From: Macrostomum hystrix
Lineage: Eukaryota; Animalia; Platyhelminthes
Reading direction: 5' to 3'
Assembly: GCA_950097015.1 (NCBI GenBank)
Contig: CATNEN010000003.1
Coordinates: 496,001 to 560,000, forward strand
DNA length: 64,000 bases
The notes under the pieces were generated by a model, which did no database searches, was not told where the DNA came from, and was given only the letters and a program-made list of their open reading frames with translations. Made by a program: the position numbers and the translations under genes. This document shows positions 36,201 through 49,600 of this stretch, piece after piece. Each line of letters starts with the position of its first letter. The first letter of the stretch is position 1.

Positions 36201-37609
36201 GGGTAGAGAAGCGAGAAAGACAGGGGAGAGGGAGGAAAAAGAGGGGAGAAAGAGAGCAAAGAAGGACAGTGGATGATGAGGATAGATCAGCGGATAGAGT
36301 GATAGGTAGAGAAAAATCAATAATGCTGCTACAGTGGGACACAAGTCGTCGCAAATCAGAAAGCAGTGTAGATTCCTCAAGAGGTGCAGAAGTACGATTT
36401 CGAAATAGCTTTTCTTCGCAATTTGCACAGAATTTGAGTAAATTAAAATGATTCTAGGTATAAGCTTGACAAGTCCTGAAATCCAGATCTCGCCCTTATC
36501 AAAGAAAAAACAAAAATGTGCTAGTTAGAACTATTCTCTTGTCCAAATGTGAGCTCCCTGCTGACTCCTGGAGATTAGCTATAGTCTGAGCACCTACTAT
36601 CCTGCTTCGCTGAGTCAAGTTTTATATTTCAGCTTTGTCAGCGGAAATAGACTACTAAAAGTATTTACTTCTACTATTAGTAATATTACGAATTCTATTA
36701 TTTTATAATCGAATCGAGTTATTATTTTATATTATTCTTTCCGAGAAATCTAGGAAAATTAGAAATAGCTATCAGAACTTAGATTTCGAAAAACACAAAA
36801 TGTTTAATTATATTTAAATATTTTTTTCTAAATCAACAGAGTTCTTTAAGTACATATATATTTTGTTTTCACGAAATATTTTCTCAGAAATCTAGAAAAA
36901 ATCCCCAAAAAGTTGTATTTCATGTTTACGAAGGCTAGACTTTTGATTCTTAGAAAGTCTCATGAAACTGAAAAGCCTTAGAAAGGTCAGTTTCCAAGAA
37001 AACGCACGATTATTTCTCCTTTCCTAGAAATCTAAGAATCATCGAAAGAGATTATATATTATAACTAACATTCCGAAAAATTACTATTTTAATAAATTTC
37101 ACAAGAAATCGAGATCATTTTTTAGAGTACACATGGAAATGATCCATAAAGAATTCAGGTAATCAAAATTACTCTTCCATGAAATAACAAATTTAATTTT
37201 TTTATTTAATTATTTTAAAATGTTTAATTAATAATTATAATTATAATTATAATAAAAATTATAATAAAAAAATTTATAATTTAAATTTAAAATTTTTAAT
37301 TAATTTTTAAAAAATTAAAATTTCGTAAACTAAATGGTGTTTTAAGAAAATTTCTTGTCTATTAAAGCTACACGAAGCGAAATGCCACTCGTAACTAAAT
37401 TCTAAAGTCGTTTTAAAAAATAAAAAACCGGAGAATATATTTTTCTCAACTACACACTCAACCAATCTGAGTTTGATCAGCCATTCAAAAGACAATGGGG
37501 GCTAGAAGAAGCAACGAATATATATTTCAATTCAAATTTTATAATAATATGAGAAAACCTACTCGAGCATTCACAAGACAGTTTGGTAGTTGCTGGGGCC
37601 CGTGCTGGA

Positions 37610-40600
37610 TCATTGAGTAGGGCTGCTAAGCTCTGGAGACTCAAAGCTCACTGGCAGCTGCAGGAGCTGCTGTTGCTGTTGCTGTTGGCGTAGAGTGGCA
37701 GCATTGTACATGTAGTGCCTTTGAGCAGACAGCAGCTGAGGGTCCTGTTGCACTGGCAGCGGGTAAGCGCCCAGACCAGGGTGCTGGTAGGCAGCGTACC
37801 CGCCGGCCGCCGCCGCAGCCGCTGCCGCCACGGCAGCCGCATTTTGGAAATCTGAATGATCAGGAATGGATTAGGTGAATTGTCCACTTAGCATTGGTAA
37901 ATTGCACGTACTACACACGCGCATTATACTATGGCCTAAACGAGTCCTGGAATCACATACCCAACACTAAAACTTCGTCTATGGCCAATCTTTAAAGAGA
38001 CATTTGAGCGGTACGCAATAATCGTGACGCAATAATTAGGCCATAGAATGATGTCTCGCACTCACAGAGCTCTGCTTAGGTGGTTGGCCCTCAGGGCATG
38101 GATGAAGGAATATCATGAATTGCTCATCTGCGAAATATCTAAGGCTTTGACATAACACAATCCTGGGATAGCCCCCCGCTTAAATTTTCATTGGCTGCGT
38201 GAGTCAATGAATACCTACACTGTTCCACAAGGCCACAAGCCTTGTCGCTGCGGTTGCGCCCCTAGATGAATGTCGCCTTGCCGCTTATTGGCGCGGACCC
38301 AGTTATTTTAGAATCTTTATATTGATATCCTGGATTTTCATCTCACCTGCTCTCTGCTGATAGGCCATCTGCTGCTGCTGCTGCTGATGTTGTTGTTGCT
38401 GCTGCTGCTGCGACTGACTATCTATGACAGAAGCGTAATTAGCATAGACAGCATCTGGACTGAAGCCATTAGGCACTGCAATTTGTTTTAGTCAGAAATA
38501 TATATTAAAATGCAAATAATGCTACCTACAAGTAGTATTCAGTAGCACAAGTGACAACTTCCTGTAATTGCATTTACCTGAGCGGTTAGACTGATCAATC
38601 ATTGGCTGCACAATTCGGCGTCGGGCATTTATAAACCTAGGGATAATTTGATGGAAAAGGAATTGACAGTTAGTAGTACGGTTCCAATATAAGTACAAAC
38701 ACTTTAGCCGTTGTTCCAAACTCACCAATTGTTCACCTGGAGAATGGTGAGTCCGGTGTCTGTGGCCAACTGCTTTTTCTGCTCCTCAGACGGATAGGGA
38801 TGCTTGGAATGGGATAAATACAGTGACGCGGCATTGCAATTTTGTACCTCAATTGGAAGGCATAAACCACAAAAAAATTGTCGTCTTGAAAACTTCCTAA
38901 TTTCTTAAATAATATTACTTTAATTTTGAAAAAGGATTTACCCATATTCCCTTATAATCCCATTTTTTAAATCCCATCAGATGTAACCTACAAAAGAAAA
39001 ATTTATTAAATCTCGTAATGCCAAAATATAACACAAGTAGTAGGAAACTGGTCTGTTCAACCACACTCGTACCGGAGTGTGGCCAGGGCACCAGGGACAG
39101 TGAGGGCGTTTGGTTTGGGGCTTGGGGTTGGGGGTGGATGGGCGTCACACTGATTGACCGAGTGCCCCGGCCAATCCGGTGAAATAAGCGTTAGAGGACA
39201 ACTTTCCTAAGTTACTAAATCACTTCTATTATCCTAATAATCATTTATAATCCTTATTTGTTTAAAAATTCCAGTTAGAAAAAACTATTTTATCCCAATA
39301 AAACCGCCAATAGAATCACTTTACATTTTCCCAAAAACTTTTTCCGCCAAACCCATTTTCTTCTGTACAGTAGAGGATCTAGGGCCCTCAGATCCTTAAA
39401 TTCTCAGCAATAATTTATCAAGATAACTGCACTACTTTTAGCAGTATGATAAGCGAAAAAAGTGTAACAAACAGCGCAGCTCACATTGAGATGTTGAAAT
39501 AGCCAGGCGCGCATTACATTGGTGGCGCATTTTGGGAAAATGCCGCGCTTCCTCTGCCTGTGACGCAACAGCTGCTGCTCCTGTTGCTGCCGCTGCTGCT
39601 TTGGACCACGTTGGGCCACGCTGACAACTTTCTCGTCGATGTCTAGATCGTCGTGAACATTTTCACCGCTGTCCAATGAGGCTTCCAAACCGTCGCCTGC
39701 AGTTTTAAAAAATAAAATGATGAGCTAAGCTAAAATCGCGCTTTTCACTTTACACATGCCAACTGTGAGTAGAACAATGCGATTTCTCAATTGGGGAGAC
39801 ACGGCCAGACAGACTTTAGGATGGAACAGACTGGAGGTGAGTCAGACTGAGGGTGAGACAGACTGAGGGTGAGACAGACTGAGGATGAGACAGACTGAGG
39901 GTGAGACAGACTGAGGGTGAGACAGACTGAGGATGAGACAGACTGAGGGTGAGACAGACTGAGGGTGAGACAGACTGAGGGTGAGACAGACTGAGGTGTA
40001 AAAGGCTGGGATGAGACAGACTGGGGTGTGAAAGGCTGGGATGAGACAGACTGGGGTGTAAAAGGCTGGGATGAGACAGACTGGGGTGTAAAAGGCTGGG
40101 ATGAGACAGACTGGGGTGTAAAAGGCTGGGATGAGACAGACTGGGGTGTAAAAGGCTGGGATGAGACAGACTGGGGTGTAAAAGGCTGGGATGAGACAGA
40201 CTGGGGTGTGAAAGGCTAGGATGAGACAGACTGGGGTGTAAAAGGCTGGGATGAGACAGACTGGGGTGTAAAAGGCTGGGATGAGACAGACTGGGGTGTG
40301 AAAGGCTGGGATGAGACAGACTGGGGTGTAAAAGGCTGGGATGAGACAGACTGGGGTGTGAAAGGCTGGGATGAGACAGACTGGGGTGTGAAAGGCTGGG
40401 ATGAGACAGACTGGGGTGTGAAAGGCTGGGATGAGACAGACTGGGGTGTAAAAGGCTGGGATGAGACAGACTGGGGTGTGAAAGGCTGGGATGAGACAGA
40501 CTGGGGTGTAAAAGGCTGGGATGAGACAGACTGGGGTGTGAAAGGCTGGGATGAGACAGACTGGGTGTGAAAGGCTGGGATGAGACAGACTGGGGTGTGA

Positions 40601-43600
40601 AAGGCTGGGATGAGACAGACTGGGGTGTAAAAGGCTGGGATGAGACAGACTGGGGTGTGAAAGGCTGGGATGAGACAGACTGGGTGTGAAAGGCTGGGAT
40701 GAGACAGACTGGGAGACACAAAGGAACTATCTAAGAAAATATTTTTCCACGAAAGCTAGACCTGAGCTTTTCCCACAGAGAAATAGGGACTTAAGAATTT
40801 TCGCAGTTATTTATTGAACTAGCAAATGAGCCAGTTGCAGTTTAGCCAAGAAGCAGCTTATAATTACAAAGGGACGCATTGTAGCACAGTTGCAATGTGT
40901 TATTGTTTGAAGCAGTAATCATGCTTCCATCGGTGCCTATATGCAAGCCAAAGCAGCAGTTTTCAGAAGCCTGTTGCACCAGATAGATCAGGTTGCAGTC
41001 TCTCGTTTCTCGCTTTTTTTCGACAGACCCAGCTACAATCCGCATTCGAAGGCTGAAGCAGCCTTCCATTCGCGGCCCCGTTAAAGGGGGCCGGGCCGGG
41101 GCTTGGGGCGCGAAGGCAGAGCGCGCAGTGTTGCAAAGTCATAAATCATTGAACCTGACTTCACTTGGACTTGGAGGGGGTAAACAACTAAGAAGTAGAA
41201 CCATGCGGTGGCGCAGTCAGCGATAGGCTATTTGTAGACCGCACGAATGCCAGCTAGAAATGGATGCAGTCAATATGCATGCCTGTACCAAATGTTATTC
41301 TATGCTAAACTGTGCGCCATTTCTAATATACTAAATCTGAAAGCTGCTCTCAGAGGAAATGGGAAAATATTCCTCTGAGTTTTGTGTGGATTGTGTTACA
41401 GAATGGGGTGACTCATGCAAGATAAATGGAAAAACTATGCGTGAAAAGATCGAAGGATTGATGGACAATTCGACACGGGAGTAGGGAGATAGACAAATTG
41501 ATGAATGGGTAATTTAGTAGATTGATAGACAACTCGACACGGGAGATTAAGGAGATATGCAGCGGAAACTGACCGTTGTAGACATGAGATTTAGTAGCTA
41601 TTTCTTAAGTAAAAAAGCGATTTAAAAGACCCAAAGAAGGCTAGTGCAGTTCTCAAGGGCAAATAAATTGCTCACTGATATTGATTCATGCCACCAACAA
41701 TCAATGTTAATTATTGTCAAGGTCGAAGAAGATTAGGATGCTAATCAAGATATTAGGATTTTTCAAATAAAAAAGACACATTAAATTAAATCTTCATGAC
41801 AACCGGATTGAATCGAAATGCAATATAGAAACAAGTGATATGCGAAGGCCCATGACTCATCCAGGTAAGAACCAGATGATCAGAACGACCATCTCACTAA
41901 ATCACTAGAATAGAAGCAATGTCCAGAACAAAGATAATTCCCGACGACTATCCTAGGAAAGGATAATAACTCAGAAAAAATGGGGAAAGGATAGTGCGTC
42001 TGTCTCATCCTCAGTCAATCTCACCCTCAGTATGTCTCATCCTCAGTCAATCTCACCCTCAGTCAATCTCACCCTCAGTCTGTCTCATCCTCAGTCAATC
42101 TCACCCTCAGTTTGTCTCATCCTCAGTCAATCTCACCCTCAGTATGTCTCATCCTCAGTCAATCTCACCCTCAGTCTGTCTCATCCTCAGTCAATCTCAC
42201 CCTCAGTTTGTCTCATCCTCAGTCAATCCCACCCTCAGTTTGTCTCATCCTCAGTCAATTCCACCCTCAGTCTGTCTCATCCTCAGTCAATCTCACCCTC
42301 AGTCTGTCTCATCCTCAGTCAATCTCACCCTCAGTTTGTCTCATCCTCAGTCAACTCCACCCTAAGTCTGTCTTATGCTCAGTCAATCTCACCCTCAGTT
42401 TGTCTCATCCTCAGTCAATCCCACCCTCAGTTTGTCTCATCCTCAGTCAATCCCACCCTCAGTTTGTCCCATCCTCAGTCAATCTCACCCTCAGTTTGTC
42501 TCATCCTCAGTCAATCCCACCCTCAGTTTGTCCCATCCTCAGTCAATCTCACCCTCAGTTTGTCTCATCCTCAGTCAATCCCACCCTCAGTTTGTCCCAT
42601 CCTCAGTCAATCTCACCTTGAGTCTGTCTCATCCTCAGTCAATCCCACCCTCAGTCTGTCTTATGCTCAGTCAATCCCACCCTCAGTCTGTCTTATGCTC
42701 AGTCAATCCCACCCTCAGTCTGTCTTATGCTCAGTCAATCCCACCCTCAGTCTGTCTTATGCTCAGTCAATCCCACCCTCAGTCTGTCTTATGCTCAGTC
42801 AATCTCACCCTGAGTCTGTCTCATCCTCAGTCAATCCCACCCTCAGTCATATCCACCCTCAGTTTGTCCCATCCTCGGTCAATCTCACCCTGAGTCTGTC
42901 TCATCCTCAGTCAATCCCACCCTCAGTTTGTCCCATCCTCAGTCAATCTCACCCTGAGTCTGTCTCATCCTCAGTCAATCCCACCCTCAGTTTGTCCCAT
43001 CCTCAGTCAATCTCACCCTGAGTCTGTCTCATCCTCAGTCAATCCCACCCTCAGTTTGTCCCATCCTCAGTCAATCTCACCCTGAGTCTGTCTCATCCTC
43101 AGTCAATCTCACCCTGAGTCTGTCTCATCCTCAGTCAATCTCACCCTCAGTTTGTCTCATCCTCAGTCAATCTCACCCTCAGTTTGTCTCATCCTCAGTC
43201 AATTCCACCCTCAGTCTGTGTTATGCTCAGTCAATCTCACCCTCAGTCTGTCTCATCCTCAGTCAATCTCACCCTCAGTTTGTCTCATCCTCAGTCAATC
43301 CCACCCTCAGTCTGTCTCATCCTCAGTCAATCTCACCCTCAGTTTGTCTCATCCTCAGTCAATCTCACCCTGAGTCTGTCTCATCCTCAGTCAATCCCAC
43401 CCTCAGTCTGTCTCATCCTCAGTCAATCCCACCCTCAGTCTGTCTCATCCTCAGTAAATCTGACGCTACTGATGAAGCTACGAGTAGGCTGGCCAGTTGC
43501 TACAACGGAACCTACAGACCGTATATCGAATTACAGAGATACAAATTCAGCCCAGTTGAATAAGCTGAGTAAGCAGAAAGTTCAGCTTGCAATTTGGAAC

Positions 43601-46600
43601 CAGTCACAATGAAATATTTAAGATTGCTAGCTTTTTTTCGGTTCTTGTTAGCCGGGTAACTCAACCAGGCCCTTGTTGAGTCAACCGATGGAAGGACGGC
43701 CCAACGATGGTTACATGCGTAAGCTTACTCATTGTGGCTGGCAGAGCACAATGGCACTGAGAATTGTCTCTAACCAATCTAGAATCCTGAAACAGGATTT
43801 TTATTGCGATTAGGCACGGCATTATATGGCTTTCACCTGGCTACTGAAAATGGGGTCTGGGGCGAGCTTTATCTACACGAACGCTAGCCGGATATGGGAT
43901 CTCTGATAGATAGATGGGGATAATGACTGATGACTTCATGTTCATGGGGATAATGATTGATGGATTGATGGAGATAATGACTAACGGATTAATGAAGATG
44001 GCGGATTCACTTCGGTGCTCAACGCGACTCACCAACATCCGACTCTGTGTCGCGACCTTCGGAGGCGTCCGGCAGCTGAGCGGGGTGCAGGAGCGCCGGC
44101 ATGGGCTGAATCGATGGAATCAAAGGTGGCGGTTGCAAAAGCGGCATCGGTGGCTGCTGAGCCTGGGTGCCGAACGTCTGAGGAGACTGCTGCAACAGAG
44201 GGATTTTTAATTGGGATTTATTTAGTTTGTAATGTAATAGTAGGTTAGTGAAATTTGGGCTAGCATTGATAACTGGGATCTGAAATTTGCATTTTTCGAC
44301 TAGGATTTGTAAGCCAGGAATTTTTAGCTAGGGATTGCAGAAAGGTATTTCTTAAGTGTGATTTGTAGGTTGGATTTCAGTGTTGGGATTAGTGCTGTGT
44401 AACTTTTAGTGTCTGAATGCTGGGCCTTCTTTACAGTCGATGCGAGCTCACCAGCATGGCGGCTGCCTGCTGAGCATGCTCGGCAGAGAAGTGCTCAAAG
44501 TGCACCTGGTGCCGGAGCTGATCGGGGAGTGGCGCCTGAAAACTGCCCGACGTCGCCGCTGCGGCCGCCTCCGACTGGGGCGACGAGCTGTAGCCGGACA
44601 TTGACGTGGCATTCTCCGCCCCGAACGGCTTCTTTGGCGGCTGCTGATGCTGATGAAGCTGAGGCGCGTCACTTTGAGTCTGCTCAAACTCGGCAGAATC
44701 CGAAACTAGCTCTGTCGGCATCTTGCCTTTCAAGCAGGAGATGTAGCGTGAGCAGAAGTTGTCGCAGAGTTCGTAAACCTGCGTTTGGTTGAATGCGAAT
44801 TTGAAATATTGACAACGGCTAAATTTGAACTCGTTGTTCAAATTGATAATTTGGATGGGCAGTTTTGAGATTGGGATGGACACTTTCAGAATTGGAATAG
44901 ACAGTTTCGGGATCGGAATAGACAGTTTGGGATTGGAATGGACAGTTTTGGGATTGGGATGGACAGTTTTGGGATTGGGGTGGACACTTTCAGAATTGGA
45001 ATAGAGAGTTTCGGGATTGGAATAGACAGTTTCGAGATTGGAATTGACAGTTTCGGTTTTCGGGATTGGGGCGGACAGTTTCGGGATTGGAATTGACAGT
45101 TTCGGTTTTCGGGATTGGGGCGGACAGTTTCGGGATAGGAATAGACAGTTTCGGGATTGGAATTGACAGTTTCGGTTTTCGGGATTGGGGCGGACAGTTT
45201 CGGGATTGGAATAGACAGTTTCGGGATTGGGATAGACAGTTTCGGGATTGGGATGGACAGTTTCGGGATTGGAATAGACAGTTTCGGGATTGGAATAGAC
45301 AGTTTCGGTTTTCGGGATTGGGGCGGACAGTTTCGGGATTGGAATAGACAGTTTCGGGATTGGGATAGACAGTTTCGGGATTGGGATGGACAGTTTCGGG
45401 ATTGGAATAGACAGTTTCGGGATTGGAATAGACAGTTTCGGGATTGGGGCGGACAGTTTCGGGATTGGAATAGACAGTTTCGGGATTGGGGTGGACAGTT
45501 TTGGGATGGACAGATGGACAGTTACAGCATTTTGCAGTTTCCATTTCGGTTGGTCCGAAGATTCGTGACTTAATAATAAAAGGGCTTCTATAATATTTTC
45601 TCGAAATGACCACCGCCCGTTTCCAATTATCCGAGCTAGAGACCAGCAATGGCGAGCTAAGTCAAATTTTACCGAAGCATGACCCTCAGGCCTTTGTGCC
45701 GGACAGGTTGCAGATTTAAGTGGCCGGCCTTCTGAAGTGGCAATAGGACCTAACGGACCAACAAAAAACTGTTATCATTCTAGGTTATTTTAGACTATTG
45801 CAATGGATACTTATAAATCTTTGGCCGCAGGTCCAAGTGTGTCAAGAAGAATTTTCGGCCTCATACCAACACTTGTAGCGACAATTTTATTAACGGAAGC
45901 CTTCAGTGGATGGGCAGTCACTGTGCTGCGTAAGCTGCAGAATTTGATGGAGCACTTCACATTCCCAATTATGCGCCACTTATACAGATAAGAGATTTAA
46001 CCAGATCCAGTGAATGGAAGTGGGGGAGGCGCCAGCAATAAATACCTCAGTGGGCTGGGCGCGCACTTAAACTATCACCGAATAATAATATCATTTTTGC
46101 GGTTGCCTTTTGCTCCCATAGATCCCAGGCTTATGGTGTGTTTTCATTGGGTCAGTAACCCTGTCGTCTTGATATCGCTACTTAGAAACGTCGCTTTGCC
46201 TCTGACCCTGCAATGGAACTTATGATCTAGAGGTCAGGAGTTCGAAACTTAGTTTGAACCCAAAGGGGAAAAATTTGTGTCCTTGAGCAAGACAATTTCC
46301 TGGTACTTTAGTTCAAAATATGCAACCAGTCGCCATGAACACGGGCAAAAATTTTCTGCAAAAAAGTCTATACGATGAAACAACTTCCAGAATCACAAAA
46401 CATCGGCATCGTCGAGATATTCAACGATTCAACGTAGGGTTGTCTGATGGCAAAAAGCACTAATTAAGGCATAATTTTTTCTGCTCACAAAATTTCATCA
46501 TGTTATCAGGTCGGCTATTATTGTTGACCATTGTTGTATTGGTTATATATTTTATACTTTTGAATCAATGTGTATTTGCCATAAAGGTTTATGCAGAGCT

Positions 46601-49600
46601 AGGTTACTTGTCTTCGACAAGAATCGCTGAATATCTCGACGATGCTGGCGTCGAACGGCTTTAAAAGTTTTTTCATCGTAAAAAGTGGATAATTTTTAGC
46701 CATACGCTTGTGCCTAGATACCAGTGTGGGGGTCAGTTGACCTCTGTGCCTAGATATCAGTGTGGGGGTCAATTGACGTCTGTGCCTAGATACCAGTGTG
46801 GGGGTCAGTTGACCTCTGTGCCTAGATACCAGTGTGGGGGTCAATTGACGTCTGTGCCTAGATACCAGTGTGGGGGTCAGTTGACCTCTGTGCCTAGATA
46901 CCAGTGTGGGGGTCAGTTGACCTCTGTGCCTAGATACCAGTGTGGGGGTCAGTTGACCTCTGTGCCTAGATACCAGTGTGGGGGTCAGTTGACCTCTGTG
47001 CCTAGATACCAGTGGGGGTCAGTTGACTGGTGCCTAGATACCAGTGGGGGTCAGTTGACTTGTGCCTAGGTTTCATTGCATAAGTCTGATGGTGTCCAGC
47101 GACCCCTTTGATTGTATACCGTCACAGACGTTCGTTCTTCGTTCAAAGTTTTAATACTCGTATTTCATATGAGATGAGTTTGCAAGCCTCTGCAACAGAG
47201 TCACTAGCACTGTCACAGCAACAGATCAGACACCCAGCCCAGCACCCCCGTCATTGTTGCTAAGAGGCCACGAAGATGCAACAGGCAACAGTCATAGCAT
47301 TACAGCTCGCTAAACTAAATAATACTTCTCATAAGACAAGCAACAGCACGTTGGAGCCTATATGGTCTTGGAAATGGGTTACCTGGGCCCAAGCCACCCC
47401 ATCGCAGCCTCGCTAGATTATGCATTGATGTTTGACTCCGCCTCAAAGCTCACTCAACTCAACAGCGAGCGAAATACAAACATACGCAAAGCCTTTGAGC
47501 TCAACTCTCAAATTGAGCACAAAATTGGCATTGACAGTCGAAAAGAATACTATAGTAACATGCATGAGCACGAGCGCTCACCTTTTCAATCTCCAGCAAG
47601 TGAAAGCGCAGCACTTGTATTGATTGAATCATCTGGAATTTTTTAGAAGAAGAGCGAGTCAGATGAAACACTGTACGTGATTCTCAAATCATTTCCCAAT
47701 CTAGTTTTGAGCCACTCACCACAGAATCGAGTTCTTCATTGCCAGTAAACATTCCAGTGTTGGATGCCTCCAACTGAAAATTACATGGCAACAAAAAGTT
47801 TAATTATTCCTGGATAAAGAACACTCGCTTCTAACTCGATAGCAACAGGAGGGATGAGAGAGGGGAGACTTGGGACAAGGGAGAGATAAGACAGGAGAGA
47901 TAGGAATAGGACAGGGGAGAGATGAGACAGGTTAGATAGTACAGGGGAGAGATGAGGCAGGGTGAGATGAGACAGAGGTGAGATAGGACAGGGGAGGGTT
48001 GAGACAGTGGGAGAGATGAGACATGGGTGAGATTAGACAGGGGTGAGATGATATAGGAAGTTATAGGAAAGGAGACAGATGAGACAAGGGAGAGCTAAGA
48101 CACAGGAAAGATGAGACAGGGGAGAGATGAGACGGGAGAGATGAGACAGGGGAGAGATAAGACAGGGGAGAGATAAGACAGAGGAGAGATAAGACAGGGG
48201 AGAGATAAGACACAGGAAAGATGAGACAGGGGAGAGATGAGACAGGGGAGAGATGAGACAGGGGAGAGATAAGACAGGGGAGAGATAAGACAGAGGAGAG
48301 ATAAGACAGGGGAGAGATAAGGCATAATAGAGGTTTCACACAGGAGAGATGAGATTAAGACACGAGAGAGATAGGGCATGGGAGTGGTATATACTCGAGG
48401 AGTTTCATCCTGCATACTAGTAAGAACTTTTGTAAGTACGAGTAAGAAATTTTGTTATTTCCTTCAAGGCCAATGCTTCAATTTGATTATCTTCTTTGCG
48501 CTCTTGAGTTGGTCCAGTTTTAGTTTTAAAAGATCCCAGTCTTATGGGGTGTCAGTTCCCGCTCACCTAGAATCATAGTTTCCTTTTTGAACTGACAGAC
48601 AAGGCTAAAACTGGGCATTGTTCCCTGCAGAACTGTGGTCCCTGGCGCAGGCAGTTATTCTAGCTTATAGTCTGAGGTTCAATAGTGAAAAAGCAAGCGG
48701 CACAGGCCTATCGGTGGATGGTCAAGATAAGAGCACTGTGCTTTTTTTTAAAAAAAACGGTGCTTTCGAAGTTAGAATTAGGCCTAGTTTTGGGGACAAT
48801 GACAATTATCAAGACAGGTGCGCATTTAAGGTACGAGTATTAGAAGGTGCCATAAAATTGCTATAGAAACAATTATTGAAATAATCTGGAGGACTAGAGA
48901 ATTGACTGAGAATAGTTCCATTTCCACAACTCCTAGTACACAAACTAAGCAAACCGAACAATTACTCACCTCTCTAGCAAATAGTGCAATATCCTGATCA
49001 AAGCTCAAACTTGAGCACAAATCGTGGCCGCCATCGACTGAGGCGGCGGCGGCGGACCCGTCCGACGAGGCGGGCGTCGCTGGGTCTCGGGGAGCGCAGG
49101 TAGCGAGTTCGCACTTTTCGAATATCAGCGACAGCAGTGGGTAGAGCGGGTGGCTGCAATTTGTGGAGCAGGTTAGACTGATGGTGAGAGGGGAGTAGGG
49201 ATGGGAGACAGGGATAGAGATCTAAGAGACAGGGATAGATATATATCCCTAACAGATAGGGATAGATATTCGAGAGACAGGGATAGATATTTGAGAGATA
49301 GGGATAGATAAATGAGGGATAGGGATAGATATATGAGGGATAGGGATAGATATATGACAGATAGGGATAGATATATGACAGAAAGGGATAGATTTGTGAG
49401 GGATAGGGATAGATATATGAGGGATAGGGATAGATATATGAGGGATAGGGATAGATATATGACAGATAGGGATAGATTTGTGAGGGATAGGGATAGATAT
49501 ATGAGGGATAGGGATAGATATATGACAGATAGGGATAGATTTGTGAGGGATAGGGATAGATATATGACAGATAGGGATAGATATATGACAGATAGGGATA

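Noticed and set aside
37929-38046. 11-bp inverted repeat CTATGGCCTAA/TTAGGCCATAG
   Set aside because: Possibly a tiny MITE, but too short and without a clear TSD or second copy to call.
43465-43500. CTGATGA followed by a short hairpin (hammerhead-like); also CTGAAGA at ~30655 and CTGACGAAAC at ~6750 (minus)
   Set aside because: No correctly placed GAAA and stems I/III, so the catalytic core cannot be assembled.
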